Shown piece by piece: positions 1 to 8,770 of a DNA stretch of 64,000 nucleotides. Both the position numbers and the translations under genes were made by a program. The notes beneath the pieces are model-generated. The model did not search any database. It had not been told where the DNA came from and saw only the letters and a program-made list of their open reading frames with translations. Source of the DNA: Mycobacteriales bacterium (GTDB lineage: Bacteria > Actinomycetota > Actinomycetes > Mycobacteriales > SCTD01); the NCBI GenBank assembly GCA_035714445.1, contig DASTLY010000146.1, positions 17,730-81,729 on the forward strand, written 5' to 3'. Numbering within the stretch: position 1 is the first letter of the stretch; each line of letters starts with the position of its first letter.

Positions 1-102
1 ACCGCGGTCCTCAGCTACGCCATCCCGCACCGCCGCCACGCACCCCCGGGCCGGCTGCCGGTCCCCGACCGGCCGGTCGACGCGCCGGCCCGCGCAGCGT
101 GA
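1..102 (+). CDS. 3' end of an unidentified upstream gene (partial)
   Basis: Frame 1 is open from the window edge to TGA 100-102. 31 of 33 third codon positions are G/C, like the real genes here. It is too short to assign a family. Confidence 0.25.
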   Translation, partial: TAVLSYAIPHRRHAPPGRLPVPDRPVDAPARAA

Positions 103-124
103 GCCCGGCGGGGTCGGCCGCCTG

Positions 125-694
125 ATGGGGACGGTCACGCCGCTGCGCCGGCGCGGCTCGGCGCGCACCCGGGAGCTGCTGCTGGCGGCGGCCGGCGAGC
201 TGTTCGCGGAGCGGGGCTACGACCGCACCACCCTGCGCGACATCGGGGAGCGTGCGGGCGTCGACCCGGCGATGGTCGCCCGGCACTTCGGGAGCAAGGC
301 CGGGCTGTACCTCGCCACGCTACGGGCCGAGCACGGCGGCGAGGTGCCGGCCGACCTGCTGGACCGCACCCGGCTCGCCGGCCTGCTCGAGCGGGTGCGC
401 CGCCGTGGCGGTGGGCCGGTGTTCCAGGCCGCGGTGCGCGCGCACGAGGACCCCGACGTCCAGGAGGCGGCGCGCGGTGAGCTGCACGCCCGGCTGGTGT
501 CGCCGCTGCGGGCCCGCTTCGAGCACGACGGCCTGGACCGGCCGCAGCTGCGCGCCGAGCTCGCCGTCGCGGCACTCGTCGGCGTGGCGCTCGGCCGGGG
601 CTCCGGCGCCTTTGCCGCCCTGGCCGAGGCGTCCGACGACGACGTCCTGGACCTGACGGCTCACCTGCTCGGTGGCCTGAGGGGCCCTTCCTGA
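125..694 (+). CDS. TetR/AcrR family transcriptional regulator
   Basis: ATG at 125. The N-terminal HTH region TRELLLAAAGELFAERGYDRTTLRDIGERAGVDPAMVARHFGSKAGLY is a classic TetR DNA-binding domain. Confidence 0.9.
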   Translation: MGTVTPLRRRGSARTRELLLAAAGELFAERGYDRTTLRDIGERAGVDPAMVARHFGSKAGLYLATLRAEHGGEVPADLLDRTRLAGLLERVRRRGGGPVFQAAVRAHEDPDVQEAARGELHARLVSPLRARFEHDGLDRPQLRAELAVAALVGVALGRGSGAFAALAEASDDDVLDLTAHLLGGLRGPS

Positions 695-944
695 CGCCCT
701 GTCAGACCCGGGCTACAGCACGTAAGCGCAGGTGAGAAGGGTCACCCGGCGGGACGCTTGCTGCAGCTAGCGGGCGGCCCGTAACGTGCCCGTCAACGCG
801 AGCGCCCACGCCCGGCCGGTCCACGACGACCGCCGGACCTGCGTCGGCCCGTCCGCCCGGTGGCCGGCACTGCGGTGCGCCACCCGAGAGGTCGTCCCAC
901 CTGCCCGCGGGCAGGCATAGCGGTCGGCCTTGCCCGGAGGTCCT

Positions 945-1643
945 GTGAAGTCCACCACCGCCAGACACGCACGTCCCCGTCCGAGGCTGCGCAACGCTGT
1001 CGTCGGCTCCGCCGCGGCCGGCGTGCTGGCCGTCCCGGTCAGCGCCACCCTGATCGCCCACGCAAGCCCCACGGCGTCGGCCGCCGCCCGCACACAGGCA
1101 CCGGCGGAGGCCACCGACCCCCACGACGCCCAGGTGGCCCGCCTCGCCGAGCACGCCCGGACCGTGCACACCGCCGTGGGCGCGCAGATGGCCATGGCCG
1201 CGATGCAGGTCGCGGGCGAGCAGGCCGCCGCCGCCGCCGAGGCGCAGCGCGTTGCGGAGGCCCAGCGGGCCGCCGACGAGCGGGTCGCGCAGGAGCGGGC
1301 CAGCCGGTCCCGCGAGGTCGTGGAGGTGCCGACCGTGGCCGCCTCCGGTGACCCGCGGTCGATCGCACGCACCCTGCTCGCCGCCCGGGGCCAGGGCAGC
1401 CAGTTCAGCTGCCTCGACTCGCTGTGGACCAAGGAGAGCGGCTGGAAGACGACGGCCGACAACCCCACGAGCAGCGCGTACGGCATCCCGCAGGCCCTGC
1501 CCGGCAGCAAGATGGCCTCCGCGGGCGCGGACTGGCGGACCAGCGCGAGGACCCAGATCCTGTGGGGGCTGTCCTACATCGCCGACCGCTACGGGTCCCC
1601 GTGCGCCGCCTGGAGCCACTCCAAGTCCCACAACTGGTACTGA
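945..1643 (+). CDS. Secreted cell-wall protein with C-terminal small transglycosylase-like domain
   Basis: The track ORF is 930..1643 (TTG). I prefer the in-frame GTG 945, which follows GGAGG at 936-940. It has a signal peptide (AAAGVLAVPVSATLIAHA) and an Ala/Gln/Glu-rich linker. The C-terminal block CLDSLWTKESGWKTTADNPTSSAYGIPQALPGSKM...WGLSYIADRYGSPCAAWSHSKSHNWY is typical of the lytic-transglycosylase-like domain of Gram-positive secreted wall proteins. Confidence 0.8.
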   Translation: MKSTTARHARPRPRLRNAVVGSAAAGVLAVPVSATLIAHASPTASAAARTQAPAEATDPHDAQVARLAEHARTVHTAVGAQMAMAAMQVAGEQAAAAAEAQRVAEAQRAADERVAQERASRSREVVEVPTVAASGDPRSIARTLLAARGQGSQFSCLDSLWTKESGWKTTADNPTSSAYGIPQALPGSKMASAGADWRTSARTQILWGLSYIADRYGSPCAAWSHSKSHNWY

Positions 1644-1672
1644 TCCGGGGCTGATCCGCCTTGCACCCGGTC

Positions 1673-3022
1673 ATGACCGACGACGCCCGCCCGGGCACCG
1701 ACGCCGCGGCCGCGGCCAGTGCCCGCGCCTGGCTGGTCTGGGGCGTCGCGCTGCTGGCGTACGCCGTGGCGGTGTTCCACCGCGCGTCGCTGGGGGTCGC
1801 CGGGACCGCGGCGCAGGAGCGGTTCTCGGCCGGCGCGTCGGCGGTCTCGCTGTTCGTGGTGCTGCAGCTCGCCGTCTACGCGGCCCTGCAGGTGCCCGTC
1901 GGGGTCGCCCTGGACCGGCTCGGGTCACGCCGGATGGTCCTGCTCGGGGCGCTGACCATGGCCGCCGGCCAGCTCGCCCTGTCGCTGGCGCACGACGTGC
2001 CGACCGCGATCGGCGCCCGGGTGCTGGTGGGCGCCGGCGACGCGATGACGTTCATCAGTGTCCTGCGGCTGGTGTCGCTGTGGTTTCCCGGCCGGCTGGT
2101 CCCGGTGGTCACCCAGCTGACGGGGATCCTCGGCCAGGCCGGGCAGGTCGTGGCGGCGTACCCGCTGGTGGCGCTGCTGGGCTCGGCCTCGTGGGGGGCG
2201 ACCTTCGCAGGCGCCGCCGCGGTCGGCGTGCTCGTCGCCGTGCTGGTGGCGGTCGCCGTCCGCGACGTCCCGCCCGGCGTGCGCGTCGACCCGCCGGCCG
2301 ACCTGGGCGAGGTGCGCGCCAACCTGCGGGACGCCTGGCGCGAGCCGGGCACCCGCATCGGCCTGTTCACCCACCTGGCCACCCAGTTCTCCGGGACGGT
2401 CTTCGCCCTGCTCTGGGGCTTCCCGTTCCTCACCGTCGGCGAGGGCGTGTCCCCCGGCACCGCCGCCCTGCTGCTGACGCTGCTCGTGGTCGTCGGGATG
2501 CTGTTCGCGCCCGTCCTCGGGCAGCTGTGCGCCCGCTGGCCGATGCGCCGCTCGGTCCTGGTGTTCGGGATCCTCGGCGCCACGGCGACCACCTGGACGG
2601 TGGTGCTGGCCTGGCCCGGCCGGGCACCCCTGCCGCTGCTCGTCCTGCTCGTCGCGGTGCTCGGCACCAACGGTCCCGGCTCGATGATCGGCTTCGACTA
2701 CGCGCGTACGGAGAACCCGGCCAGCCGCCTCGGCAGCGCCAGCGGCGTCGTCAACGTCGGCGGCTTCGTCGCCTCGCTGACCCTGATGCTCGGCGTCGGC
2801 GTCGTCCTGGACCAGCTCACCCCCGGCAGCTCGACCGACTACTCCCGCGACGCCTTCCGCGCGGCCTTCACGCTGCAGTACGTGCTCTGGGCGATCGGGC
2901 TGTACGGCGTCGTCAAGCACCGCCGCCAGCTGCGCATGCGGCTGGCCCGCGACGGGGTGATCCTGGCGCCGCTGGGCACCGCCGTGCGCGCCCGGCTGCG
3001 CGGCGGCTCCGCGTACGTCTGA
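1673..3022 (+). CDS. MFS transporter
   Basis: The protein is about 450 aa and highly hydrophobic, with about 12 predicted TM segments and an MFS-like loop (DRLGSRRMVLLGA). The track start is TTG 1661. The in-frame ATG 1673 (MTDDARPG) is preferred. Confidence 0.88.
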   Translation: MTDDARPGTDAAAAASARAWLVWGVALLAYAVAVFHRASLGVAGTAAQERFSAGASAVSLFVVLQLAVYAALQVPVGVALDRLGSRRMVLLGALTMAAGQLALSLAHDVPTAIGARVLVGAGDAMTFISVLRLVSLWFPGRLVPVVTQLTGILGQAGQVVAAYPLVALLGSASWGATFAGAAAVGVLVAVLVAVAVRDVPPGVRVDPPADLGEVRANLRDAWREPGTRIGLFTHLATQFSGTVFALLWGFPFLTVGEGVSPGTAALLLTLLVVVGMLFAPVLGQLCARWPMRRSVLVFGILGATATTWTVVLAWPGRAPLPLLVLLVAVLGTNGPGSMIGFDYARTENPASRLGSASGVVNVGGFVASLTLMLGVGVVLDQLTPGSSTDYSRDAFRAAFTLQYVLWAIGLYGVVKHRRQLRMRLARDGVILAPLGTAVRARLRGGSAYV

Positions 3023-3026
3023 CCGC

Positions 3027-3614
3027 CTACGGCCCGCCCGGCGCTGCCAGGAACCGCTCCACGGAGCGTAGGTGCGGGCCGACCAGCCCCGTCCGGGGGT
3101 CGGGCGCGATGAGCAGGCAGTCCGTGTGCGCCCGGGTCCAGGCCCGCACCGGTTCGCTGCGGGCCAGGTCGTCGTCGAGCCACACCAGGCGCCGGGCGGG
3201 CTCGGCCTGCAGCAGCAGCCGCACGATGTCGAACTTCCACCAACGGCCGGACAGCTCGTCGGGCGCCGCCGGGGTGACCCCGGCGAGCGCCGGCTGCCCG
3301 GCGTCGGCGGCACCGGGCGCGGCACCGGCACCGGGCGCGGCCACGTCGGCGTGCGTGCCGGCCACGGGCAGCTCCGGCAGCCCGAGCAGGGTGTGCAGCC
3401 CGCCGTTGGCGTCGTGGCCCCACGTGGTCAGCCACCGCACGTCTGCCTGGTCGATCCAGCTGCGGACGGCAGCCACGACCGACGGCGACCAGCGGATCGG
3501 CCAGGACCGGCCGAGCGCGGTGGCGCTGCCCCGCTGCCAGTCCGGCCAGGAGCTGTCGGGGGGGCCGAGGGCGTTGAGGACGCCGTCGACGTCGACGAGG
3601 ACGAGGGGTCGCAT
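3027..3614 (-). CDS. HAD-superfamily hydrolase-like protein
   Basis: The N-terminus MRPLVLVDVDGVLNAL carries the HAD DxDx(V/T) nucleophile motif. It starts 9 nt after the recD stop on the same strand. Confidence 0.65.
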   Translation of the reverse strand: MRPLVLVDVDGVLNALGPPDSSWPDWQRGSATALGRSWPIRWSPSVVAAVRSWIDQADVRWLTTWGHDANGGLHTLLGLPELPVAGTHADVAAPGAGAAPGAADAGQPALAGVTPAAPDELSGRWWKFDIVRLLLQAEPARRLVWLDDDLARSEPVRAWTRAHTDCLLIAPDPRTGLVGPHLRSVERFLAAPGGP

Positions 3615-3623
3615 GCCGCGGAC

Positions 3624-5426
3624 CTACCCGCCCGCCGCCGACGGACCCGGCGCGGCGTAGACCGCGGTCCCCACCACCCGCCGCAGCCCGCTGGCCCGGA
3701 CCACCTGGCGCTCGACGGCCGCCCGCACCGCCTCGTCGGTGCCGACCACCCGCACCCGCTCCCGCGCCCGGGTCACGGCGGTGTAGAGCAGCTCGCGGGT
3801 GAGGATGGCCGAGACCTGCGTCGGCAGGAGCACGGTCACGGCGTCGTACTGGCTGCCCTGGCTGCGGTGGACGGTCATCGCGTGCACCGGCTGCGCGGCC
3901 GCGAGCCGGGACAGCGGCAGCAGCTGCGCGCCGCCGGGTCGGGCGAACGCCGCGCGCAGCCCGTCAGGGGTCTGCACGACCACCCCGGTGTCGCCGTTGT
4001 AGAGCCGCGCCTCGTCGTCGTTGGCGGTGACCAGCAGGGGGGTGCCGGCCGGCCACTGCCCCGCGTGCCGGGCGGGGGCGCCGGACCAGCGGGCGACCTG
4101 CTGGTTCCAGTACGACACGCCGTACGGCCCGTGCCGGTGCGCGCACAGCAGCCGGTGCCGGGACAGCAGCGCGAGCGCCGGCTCGGCCTGCCCCGCGCCG
4201 GCCGCCCGGGTCAGCTCCCCCGCCGCCTGGACGACCTCGCTGCGCAGCCCGACGACGTCGTCGGTGAGCGTCACCTCGCCACCGGCGTGCAGCAGGTCGA
4301 GCACCCGGTCGGCGTCCCCCGCCCGGACGGCCTCTGCGAGGGCGCCGATGCCGGAGCCGAAGCGGTGCGGCACCCGCAGCCGTACGACGCCGTTGCGCAG
4401 CTGCCGGCGCTCCTCCTCGTCGAGGTCCCCGTCCGCGCCGGCCTCAAGGGTCGACGGCGGGCCGGCGGCGACCGGCGCCGGCCGGTGCACCAGGTCGCTG
4501 AGCACGGCGCCGGCCTCGACGGGCGTGAGCTGGTCGGGGTCACCGACCAGGACCAGCCGGGCGGCCGGCCGCACGGCCTCCAGGAGCCGGGCCATCATCG
4601 TCAGCGACACCATCGAGGACTCGTCCACCACGATGACGTCGTAGGGCAGGTGGTTGCGGGCGTCGTGCCGGAAACGGCTGCGGCTGTCGGGGCGCCAGCC
4701 GAGCAGCCGGTGCAGGGTGGACGCGGTGAGCCCGGCCGGCAGGCCCAGCTCCTCGGCCTGCTCCTGCACCGACTCCTGCAGCCGGGCGGCGGCCTTGCCG
4801 GTCGGGGCGCAGAGCGCGATCCGCGGGGCCGGGCCGCCCTGGTCGAGCAGCAGCCGAAGCAGGCGCGCGACGGTGTGCGTCTTGCCGGTGCCGGGCCCGC
4901 CGGTGACCACGCTCACCCAGCGCGTCGCCGCGACCGCGGCCGCCAGCCGCTGGCGGTCGGTGCCGCCCGCCGGCTGACCCGGGAACAGGGCGGCGAGCGG
5001 TCCGAGGTCGACGGTCGGCGCCGGCCCTAGCGCGCGCTCGTCCAGCTCCCGGCGTACGCGCTGCTCCTGCTGCCAGTAGCGGTCGAGGTAGAGCAGTCCG
5101 TCGACCAGCCGCAGCGGCCGCCACGGCGCCTGCGCCCCGACGGCCACCAGCGGGCTCGTCTGCAGCGCGTCCCAGGACCGCGGCCAGGCCAGCTCCACCG
5201 GTGGCGCGTCCTCGTCGGAAACGACCGACCCGGCGACCTCGGCGAGCTCGACGCAGACCGACCCGGTGCGCACGCCCCGCACCGCGAGCGCGACCGCCAG
5301 CAGCACCTCCTCGGTGCTCTCGCCACCGAGGCGGGCGAGCCGGAGCGCGACGTGCACGTCGGCCTCGGCCAGGACGCCGGCCTCGGCGAACGCGCGCAGC
5401 AGGCCGGTTGCCCGCACGGGGATCAC
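3624..5426 (-). CDS. recD: Exodeoxyribonuclease V alpha subunit RecD
   Basis: This is the C-terminal 600 codons of track ORF 3624..7949. It has Walker A VVTGGPGTGKTHTV, a Walker B/DEAD-like motif YDVIVVDESSM, VLVGDPDQLTPV and TVHRSQGSQY motifs. GTG 5424-5426 overlaps the recB TGA (5423-5425) as GTGA. Confidence 0.93.
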   Translation of the reverse strand: MIPVRATGLLRAFAEAGVLAEADVHVALRLARLGGESTEEVLLAVALAVRGVRTGSVCVELAEVAGSVVSDEDAPPVELAWPRSWDALQTSPLVAVGAQAPWRPLRLVDGLLYLDRYWQQEQRVRRELDERALGPAPTVDLGPLAALFPGQPAGGTDRQRLAAAVAATRWVSVVTGGPGTGKTHTVARLLRLLLDQGGPAPRIALCAPTGKAAARLQESVQEQAEELGLPAGLTASTLHRLLGWRPDSRSRFRHDARNHLPYDVIVVDESSMVSLTMMARLLEAVRPAARLVLVGDPDQLTPVEAGAVLSDLVHRPAPVAAGPPSTLEAGADGDLDEEERRQLRNGVVRLRVPHRFGSGIGALAEAVRAGDADRVLDLLHAGGEVTLTDDVVGLRSEVVQAAGELTRAAGAGQAEPALALLSRHRLLCAHRHGPYGVSYWNQQVARWSGAPARHAGQWPAGTPLLVTANDDEARLYNGDTGVVVQTPDGLRAAFARPGGAQLLPLSRLAAAQPVHAMTVHRSQGSQYDAVTVLLPTQVSAILTRELLYTAVTRARERVRVVGTDEAVRAAVERQVVRASGLRRVVGTAVYAAPGPSAAGG

Positions 5427-8400
5427 CGGCGGCCGGCCAGCAGGTCCGACAGCGCGACGACCAGCCCGGCGGGTGGCTGCCACTCGAACACGCCCGCGCC
5501 GGCCGGGCTGTCCGGGCCGCACATCCCGCGGACGAACAGGTACAGCACCGGCCCGAGGTGCCGCTCCGGCTCGTACGCCGGCTGGCGCCAGCGCAGGAAG
5601 CGGTGCAGCGCGACGGAGTAGAGCAGCGCCTGCAGCACGTAGTGCGAGCGCAGCATCTCCTCGACCAGCGCGGCGGGCCGGTAGTGCCAGGCGGTCAGCG
5701 GCCCGCTGCCGAGCCGGTTGGTCTTGTGGTCGACGACGACGTACGACGGACCCCCGCCCGTCGGCACCCGCAGCACCGCGTCGATGCTCCCGGTCAGATA
5801 GCCGCGCAGGGCCTGCGGCTCGAGGCCGTCGAGCAGGTCGGGGTAGCCCGACAGCGGGCCGAGGTCGTGGTCGCGCAGCAGCGCCGCGACGTCGGCCAGC
5901 CGGGCGTGCGGCACGGCATCGTCGCCGCCGGCCAGCGGCAGCTCGAAGTCGAGCTCGGCGAGGCGGTCGCCCTCGGCGATCTGCGCGAGCGTGCGTCCCA
6001 GGGAGCCGAGCGGCGTGTGCAGCACCGGGTGCAGGCCCTGCGCCAGGGCGGTCGGGTCCACCCCCGAGCCGGGCCGGCGCGCGACCGCCTCGGCGCACCG
6101 CTGCTCCAAGACGGCCGGATCGGGGTCCTCGAGCACCTCGTGCACCAGCGTGCCGAATGCCGCCCCACCCGGCAGGTCGGCCAGCGGGGACGACGGGCTG
6201 TCGACCGGCGGGGCCTCCGGCCCCAGCCCGTCGCCCGTGTCCAGCCCGTCGTCCGTGCCCAGCCCGTCGCCCGTGCCCAGCCCGTCGCCCGTGCCCAGCC
6301 GGTCGCCCGTGTCCAGCCCGTCGCCCGTGTCCTGCTCGTCGTCCTTGGCCGGCGCGTCGGGCTCGCTGCCGACCGCGGCCTCGTGCGCGCCGGCGGTCAG
6401 CGCGCTGTAGGAGGTGCGCCGCCACTGCTCGTCCAGGCTGCGGGTGAACCGGCTCACCGAAAGCGCCGGCGCCCTGCCGCGCGGCCGCTCCCAGCGCGCC
6501 GGGGTGCCCGGCAGGGCGCACTCGCCGGCCGTCCGGCCGCCCGAGGCGGCCGCGACCTCCTCGAGTCGGCGGGCCGCTGCCTCGTCCTGGGGCACGGGCA
6601 CCTGCGCGGCCGGCTCGAGGCCCGGGCCGGCCCCGCCGAACAGCAGCCGGTGCAGGGGCGCTCCCACCGTGGACCGGCTCGGCGCCCAGTGCGCGACGAC
6701 CTGGCACTGGGCGCGGGACAGCGCGACGTACAGCAGGCGCAGGTCCTCGCCGGCCTCCTCGGCGTCGTGCCGGGCGCGCGCGGCGCGGGCACCGGGCGAC
6801 TGCGTCCCGCCCACGTCGAGCACCCGCCGGCCCTGCTCGTCGTGCAGCCGCAGCACCTGCAGGCTGTCGGGTGACCACCGGTCCCAGGCGTACGGGACGT
6901 AGACGACCGGGAACTCCAGCCCCTTGCTCACGTGCACCGTCATCACCTGCACGGCGGCGGCGTCGGACTCGAGCCGCCGGCTGCGTTCGTCGGTGTTCTC
7001 GGTCTGGGCGGTCGCGATCCGGCGCCGCAGCCACTCCACCAGCGCGGTCAGCCCCAGCGAGTCCTGCAGCGCGGCCGCGTGCAGCGCCAGCGCGACGTGC
7101 CGCAGGTCGGTGAGCAGCCGCTCGCCCCCCGGCCGGGACAGCACCCGCGCGGGCAGCTGCCCCTCGGTGGCGAGCACCTCGAAGAAGGCGGCGACGCCGC
7201 GTACGGCCAGCAGGTCGGCCCACGACCGAAGCCGCGGCCCCAGCCGGTCGGCGAGCTCGTCGCCCGCCGCGTCGAGGTCGGCCTCGCTGTGACCGAGGAA
7301 CACCGACAGCGCCGCCGACCGCACCCGGCCGGGCCGGTGTGGCTGCTCGACGGCCTCGAGCAGGACCAGCCACTCCCGCGCGCTCGGGGTCGCGAAGACG
7401 CTGCCGCCACCGGCGAGGACGGCCGGTACGCCGGCCCGGCCGAGAGCCTCGCGCACCAGGGCGCCCTGCCGGTTGGTGCGCACCAGCACGGCCACGTCGC
7501 CCGGCTCCACCGGGCGCTCGAGCAGCCGCGCCGGCCCGGACAGCAGGCGCACGATCTCGGTCGCCACATCCGCGGCGACCGCCTCGCGCACCCGGTCGAC
7601 CCGGGGCAGCCCGCGCACCAGGGGACCGAGGCCGCCACGTGCCAGCCGGCGCAGCCGCAGCGGCGCCCCGGCCCCGGTCAGCCGGGCCTGCGGGTGCGCC
7701 CCGAGCACCGGCCGCACGACGATCCGCGGGTCGCCGAGGGCGGCCTGCCCCCAGAGCTGCTCGAGCGCCCCGAGCAGGACGTCGTCGCTGCGCCAGTTGC
7801 ACGACAGGGTGGCGGTCTCGGTGGCGACCGCACGCGCCGACAGGTAGGTGGTGACGTCGCCGCCCCGGAAGGCGTAGATGGCCTGCTTGGGGTCGCCGAT
7901 CAGGACCAGGGTGGTGTGGCTGTGGAAGGCCAGCCGCAGCACCTCCCACTGCACCGGGTCGGTGTCCTGGAACTCGTCGACGAGCACCACGCGGTAGCGG
8001 TCGCGCACGCGCTGACAGGCCACCGCTCCGTGCGCCGGGTCGGCCAGCGCGTCCCGCAGCAGCACCAGCCAGTCGTCGTAGTCGACCAGCCCGAGCCGGC
8101 GCTTGCGGGCCTCGACCTCCGCCCGCACCCGCGCCGCCGCGGCCGCGCGCTGCCCGGCGACGCCGTCCGCCCCCGGCGGGTGGAGCTCGGCGGAGCGGTC
8201 GCTGCCGACGGCGCGGCGGCCGAGCTCCAGCAGGTCCGCGTAGGCGATGGCGGGCGGGCCGGCCGCCGGGTGGGCGTAGCTGCGCAGGTAGAGGTCGTCG
8301 ACGACGTCCTTCACGAGGTCGTCGACGGACTCGACGAAGGTCGCGGACGGATCCGCGTCGGCGACGACCCCCAGGCCGTTGAGCATCTGCGAGCAGAACG

Positions 8401-8770
8401 AGTGGGTGGTGGCGATGGTGGCCGCGTCGAAGCCGGCCAGTGCGCGCACCAGCCGCTCCCGCCGCCGGGTGACCTCCGCGTCGTCGGCGCCGGCCAGCAG
8501 GGCGAGGACCGCGTCGTCGCCGCAGCGCGCGGCCGCGGGGTCACGCAGGCCACGCTCGGCGCTGGACAGCCGCTCCCGGACGCGGTCGCGCAGCTCACGG
8601 GACGCCGCGTTGCCGAACGTCACGAGCATGACCTCGGACAGCTCGGCCCGACCCTCCGCCACGTAGCGGGTGGTGAGGGCAGCGATCGTGAAGGTCTTGC
8701 CGGTGCCCGCGCTCGCCTCGAGCACCGTCGTGCCGGTCGGCAGCGCGCCGCAGACGTCGAACGGCGTCAC
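5423..8770 (-). CDS. recB: Exodeoxyribonuclease V beta subunit RecB (UvrD-like helicase plus PD-(D/E)XK nuclease)
   Basis: It has ASAGTGKTFTI Walker A, VLVDEFQDTD, and the C-terminal nuclease motifs GTLVHEVLE, GYLTGSIDAV and VVDHKTN. The track start is 8848. I prefer GTG 8768-8770 (VTPFDVCG), which overlaps the recC TGA as GTGA. Confidence 0.93.
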   Translation of the reverse strand: MTPFDVCGALPTGTTVLEASAGTGKTFTIAALTTRYVAEGRAELSEVMLVTFGNAASRELRDRVRERLSSAERGLRDPAAARCGDDAVLALLAGADDAEVTRRRERLVRALAGFDAATIATTHSFCSQMLNGLGVVADADPSATFVESVDDLVKDVVDDLYLRSYAHPAAGPPAIAYADLLELGRRAVGSDRSAELHPPGADGVAGQRAAAAARVRAEVEARKRRLGLVDYDDWLVLLRDALADPAHGAVACQRVRDRYRVVLVDEFQDTDPVQWEVLRLAFHSHTTLVLIGDPKQAIYAFRGGDVTTYLSARAVATETATLSCNWRSDDVLLGALEQLWGQAALGDPRIVVRPVLGAHPQARLTGAGAPLRLRRLARGGLGPLVRGLPRVDRVREAVAADVATEIVRLLSGPARLLERPVEPGDVAVLVRTNRQGALVREALGRAGVPAVLAGGGSVFATPSAREWLVLLEAVEQPHRPGRVRSAALSVFLGHSEADLDAAGDELADRLGPRLRSWADLLAVRGVAAFFEVLATEGQLPARVLSRPGGERLLTDLRHVALALHAAALQDSLGLTALVEWLRRRIATAQTENTDERSRRLESDAAAVQVMTVHVSKGLEFPVVYVPYAWDRWSPDSLQVLRLHDEQGRRVLDVGGTQSPGARAARARHDAEEAGEDLRLLYVALSRAQCQVVAHWAPSRSTVGAPLHRLLFGGAGPGLEPAAQVPVPQDEAAARRLEEVAAASGGRTAGECALPGTPARWERPRGRAPALSVSRFTRSLDEQWRRTSYSALTAGAHEAAVGSEPDAPAKDDEQDTGDGLDTGDRLGTGDGLGTGDGLGTDDGLDTGDGLGPEAPPVDSPSSPLADLPGGAAFGTLVHEVLEDPDPAVLEQRCAEAVARRPGSGVDPTALAQGLHPVLHTPLGSLGRTLAQIAEGDRLAELDFELPLAGGDDAVPHARLADVAALLRDHDLGPLSGYPDLLDGLEPQALRGYLTGSIDAVLRVPTGGGPSYVVVDHKTNRLGSGPLTAWHYRPAALVEEMLRSHYVLQALLYSVALHRFLRWRQPAYEPERHLGPVLYLFVRGMCGPDSPAGAGVFEWQPPAGLVVALSDLLAGRR
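6223..6330 (-). repeat. In-frame 18-bp tandem repeat (6 copies plus a partial) inside recB
   Basis: The plus-strand unit CCAGCCCGTCGCCCGTGY is repeated head-to-tail at 6223, 6241, 6259, 6277, 6295 and 6313. On the coding strand it is translated as DTGDGLDTGDRLGTGDGLGTGDGLGTDDGLDTGDGLG. Confidence 0.95.

Noticed and set aside
695-944. A possible c-di-AMP (ydaO-type) riboswitch in the 250-nt leader of the secreted transglycosylase-like gene, a gene class often controlled by that riboswitch in Actinobacteria.
   Set aside because: I find only a weak resemblance, GTCAG...CTACAGCACGTAAGCG at 703-727 versus the conserved CAGCUAACCUCGUAAGCG end. There are no GGGGACCCA or GAAUC elements. The match would put most of the aptamer inside the TetR coding region and 200 nt from the start codon. 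It needs a covariance-model scan before any claim.
3624-7949. A 1441-aa track ORF, and similar giants (15463..19374 of 1303 aa, 9637..12951, 20643..23297, 15532..18426, 26104..28767), that could be read as huge novel proteins.
   Set aside because: The upstream portions are Arg/Pro/Ala/Gly-rich low-complexity translations that overlap well-supported genes on the same or opposite strand. In DNA this GC-rich, stop codons are rare, so ORFs run on. Only the C-terminal segments have family motifs and sensible starts.
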